Below the pieces are notes generated by a model. It worked only from the letters and a program-made list of their open reading frames with translations. It did no database searches and was not told where the DNA came from. From a virus (taxonomy: Duplodnaviria; Caudoviricetes), in the IMG/VR virus record IMGVR_UViG_3300042934_000124, positions 1 to 37,423 of that record: DNA of 37,423 bases. One strand, 5' to 3'. A program made the translations under genes and the position numbers. Shown here piece after piece: positions 35,159-37,423 of this stretch (positions are counted from its first letter, which is position 1; every line of letters begins with the position of its first letter).

Positions 35159-35268
35159 ACTGATTGTAAAGAAAATATTCAGACCTATAAACATAAAAAC
35201 AATACGTTTGGCGGCGTTTGGTTGATTATTTATTGGCCTGTTGTTGTTGACTGTTTCGGCTTAAATTC

Positions 35269-35297
35269 AGTATATGCGAATTTATTCTGAATGTCAA
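35269..35297 (-). promoter_or_regulatory. Early lytic promoter
   Basis: TTGACA-17-TATACT with an operator repeat in the spacer. Confidence 0.75.
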
Positions 35298-35349
35298 CGA
35301 TTTTTTCAGAAAATATTCTAACTTTTTTTAATGTGAAGGAGCGAGTGAT

Positions 35350-35700
35350 ATGTCTGTCGTTGATAGAGTAAGAGAATTATGCAAAAAAAAAGATACAAAT
35401 CTTAATGCTTTGGAGAAGGAATTAGGGTTTGGCCGTAGCACTATCAGTAAATGGGAAAAGGTTTCTCCTAGTATCGATAAACTTACTAGGGTTGCTAATT
35501 ATTTTCACGTTTCCGTGGATTACTTAATTGGTAATGATGGTGAAGAAATGCCTATCAAGATTAGAACTATCGCTGCGCATTTGGAGGACAAGGAGATTAC
35601 AGACAAGAAGATGGACATGATTTTAAAATATCTTAACGCCCTCTTCGATGAAGAGGAAAAAAAGATAAACGATGAGGGAAGTAAAAAACAAAACAATTAG
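35350..35700 (+). CDS. Immunity repressor (ImmR-like XRE HTH)
   Basis: N-terminal HTH, TIAAH motif, no S24 peptidase domain; upstream of ImmA-like gene. Confidence 0.9.
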   Translation: MSVVDRVRELCKKKDTNLNALEKELGFGRSTISKWEKVSPSIDKLTRVANYFHVSVDYLIGNDGEEMPIKIRTIAAHLEDKEITDKKMDMILKYLNALFDEEEKKINDEGSKKQNN

Positions 35701-35702
35701 GG

Positions 35703-36164
35703 GTGATTGTATTGACATATGACGAACTATTAAAGAAATATTGCAATGATGTGAGAATTACAGAGAAGAGTTTGCCGTTTGGATTAAAAGGCGCATACAG
35801 CAATGACATTATATTTATCGAAAAAAGAATGAGTAGCATAGAAAAAAAGTGTGTCCTGGCCGAAGAGTTAGGGCATCACTTTACTAGCAGTGGCATTATA
35901 TTAGATCAGCGGAATATTATAAATGTTAAGCAAGAGAAAAACGCTCACATTTGGGCCGTTAAGGAACTTATAACATATGAGAAATATTTAATGGCTGTCA
36001 TGCTTAATCATTGCGATTTTTGCAGAGCAGAGTATTTAGACATAACTGAATGGTTTTTACGTGATGCGTACTATGTATACTCACTAAAAATAAATCACTA
36101 CTACTATGAAACATCCGGAGAACTGTGTTACATGAAAGGAGTTGACGACTTATGGCGAGCATAA
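35703..36164 (+). CDS. ImmA/IrrE-family metallopeptidase (antirepressor)
   Basis: VLAEELGHH and KQE..A motifs. Confidence 0.88.
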   Translation: MIVLTYDELLKKYCNDVRITEKSLPFGLKGAYSNDIIFIEKRMSSIEKKCVLAEELGHHFTSSGIILDQRNIINVKQEKNAHIWAVKELITYEKYLMAVMLNHCDFCRAEYLDITEWFLRDAYYVYSLKINHYYYETSGELCYMKGVDDLWRA

Positions 36165-37255
36165 GCAAGCGCAAAGATGGGAAGTGGCTAGGCCAAGTAA
36201 ATAGCGGCGGCAAAAGAAAGAGCTTTTACGGCAACACTAAAAAAGAGGTTGAATCAAAAATAAGCGAATACCTTAATGACATCAACACCTATGGGGCCGA
36301 GATGTCTAAGGTTAATATCAGTATTGAAAAATTGATGCATACGCATCTGTTTGTTAATGTTAAACCTAGAGTAAGCCTTGGTACGTTTGAGCGTTATATG
36401 AGCCTATATAATACGCATATCAAGGACTCTACTTTTGGAGGTTATGACGCCAAAGTAACAATACACAACGATGTGCAGAAGTTTATTAATTCTAAGTCCG
36501 ATCTCAGTAATCAATCAATATCCATGATAAAGTACTTGTTGCATCAATCATTTAATCATGCGATAGCAAACAATATTATAAGGGTTAACCCTGTAGCCGC
36601 TATTAGCCCACCGAGATCAACATATAAAGAAAAGGCTATAGATGTTCTTACTATTGACGAGCAAGCTAAATTCATGTCAGTTCTTAGCAAAACCCACTAC
36701 GAATTATTATTTGTACTTGAACTAAATACCGGAATGAGGGTAGGTGAAATAACCGCTTTAAGATGGGAAAACGTTGATTTGGACAATCAGACAATCAAGG
36801 TGAGAGAAACAAAGAGACTGGTCAAAAAATATGATAACGATGGAAACTCTCAAGATATAATGCATACCAAAGAACCTAAATCTAAGTCAGGGAGTAGAGA
36901 TATCCCAATCCATAAAAATATAAATAAAAAATTGAAAGAGCTTAAAATAAATAATGGTGCCAGTAAAGACGATTTTGTATTTCTAAACACCAATAAAGAA
37001 CAAATAAAGTACGATAGCATATCCAAGGCACAAAAGATGCTATGCAAAAAAGCCAAGATTAGAGAAGTCACATTTCATTGTCTTAGACATACGTTTGCTA
37101 CAAGACTAATAGAAAATGGCGAGGACATAAAAACAGTGTCCCAGCTGTTGGGACACTCAAAGGCTGATATAACTATTAATCGCTATGTACACAGTACGGC
37201 AAATACAAAAATACAAGCGATTGATAAGTTATACACTTCATATAATGCATTATAA
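36152..37255 (+). CDS. int: Tyrosine integrase
   Basis: N-terminal arm-binding domain; TGMR.GE, PKS, FHCLRH, LGH, RYVH. Confidence 0.97.
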   Translation: MASISKRKDGKWLGQVNSGGKRKSFYGNTKKEVESKISEYLNDINTYGAEMSKVNISIEKLMHTHLFVNVKPRVSLGTFERYMSLYNTHIKDSTFGGYDAKVTIHNDVQKFINSKSDLSNQSISMIKYLLHQSFNHAIANNIIRVNPVAAISPPRSTYKEKAIDVLTIDEQAKFMSVLSKTHYELLFVLELNTGMRVGEITALRWENVDLDNQTIKVRETKRLVKKYDNDGNSQDIMHTKEPKSKSGSRDIPIHKNINKKLKELKINNGASKDDFVFLNTNKEQIKYDSISKAQKMLCKKAKIREVTFHCLRHTFATRLIENGEDIKTVSQLLGHSKADITINRYVHSTANTKIQAIDKLYTSYNAL

Positions 37256-37281
37256 ATATAAAGTGCATTAAAAATGCATTA
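37247..37281. repeat. GCATTA repeats, candidate integrase arm-type sites
   Basis: Copies at 37247, 37265, 37276; matching 11-bp-period pair at 220 and 231. Confidence 0.55.
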
Positions 37282-37324
37282 AATGATGTCTCGCAAATTA
37301 TATATTATCTCTGTCAGCCATTGA

Positions 37325-37423
37325 TAAAGCTGATGATGGGATTCGAACCCACGACTTGCTCATTACGAATGAGCTAAGTGTAAACAGCGAAACGCCAAGC
37401 TATTGGTACGCATGGACAGTGCT
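37325..37423. repeat. Direct repeat, right copy (attP-like; tRNA-Thr 3' half at 37329-37374)
   Basis: Identical to 48-146 up to the window end. Confidence 0.97.

Larger units (their letters stand above)
35110..35318. promoter_or_regulatory. Four GAAWWTATTC operator-like repeats
   Basis: gaatttattc at 35110 and 35278; gaaaatattc at 35171 and 35309. Confidence 0.7.
48..37423. mobile_element. Complete temperate siphovirus (prophage), integrating at tRNA-Thr(CGT)
   Basis: Full set of integration, immunity, replication, packaging, head, tail and lysis genes between 99-bp direct repeats. Confidence 0.96.

Noticed and set aside
35633-37071. Minus-strand ORFs over repressor, immA and int
   Set aside because: Antisense to well-supported genes

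Overview
The window holds one apparently complete temperate siphovirus genome (unit length 37,277 bp) from a low-GC Firmicute, probably Clostridia-like (inferred from gene content). It is bounded by a 99-bp direct repeat (48-146 / 37325-37423) containing the 3' half of tRNA-Thr(CGT). Nearly all genes are on the minus strand. From right to left: cro-like/xis, early small genes, SMC-like ATPase, ERF, SSB, PD-(D/E)xK nuclease, SF2 helicase, CHC2 Zn finger, an accessory block, VirE-like helicase, iteron origin, late activator, HNH, terS/terL, portal, Clp protease, capsid, tail, lysis genes and a membrane-protein moron. Repressor, ImmA-like protease and tyrosine integrase are on the plus strand. 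The most notable signal is a recurring site, TAAAA-N6-TTTG (coding strand), at 8 consecutive cassette junctions of the accessory block (22265-25321). The same site type flanks the C-terminal module of the tail spike and precedes the moron, suggesting an integron-like, site-specific cassette system in a phage (inference, untested). Other signals: the right end looks like attP rather than a prophage-host junction, the lysis/lysogeny promoters are convergent, there is a candidate oop-like antisense RNA, a gpG/gpGT -1 frameshift, and a gene broken at an A7 run.
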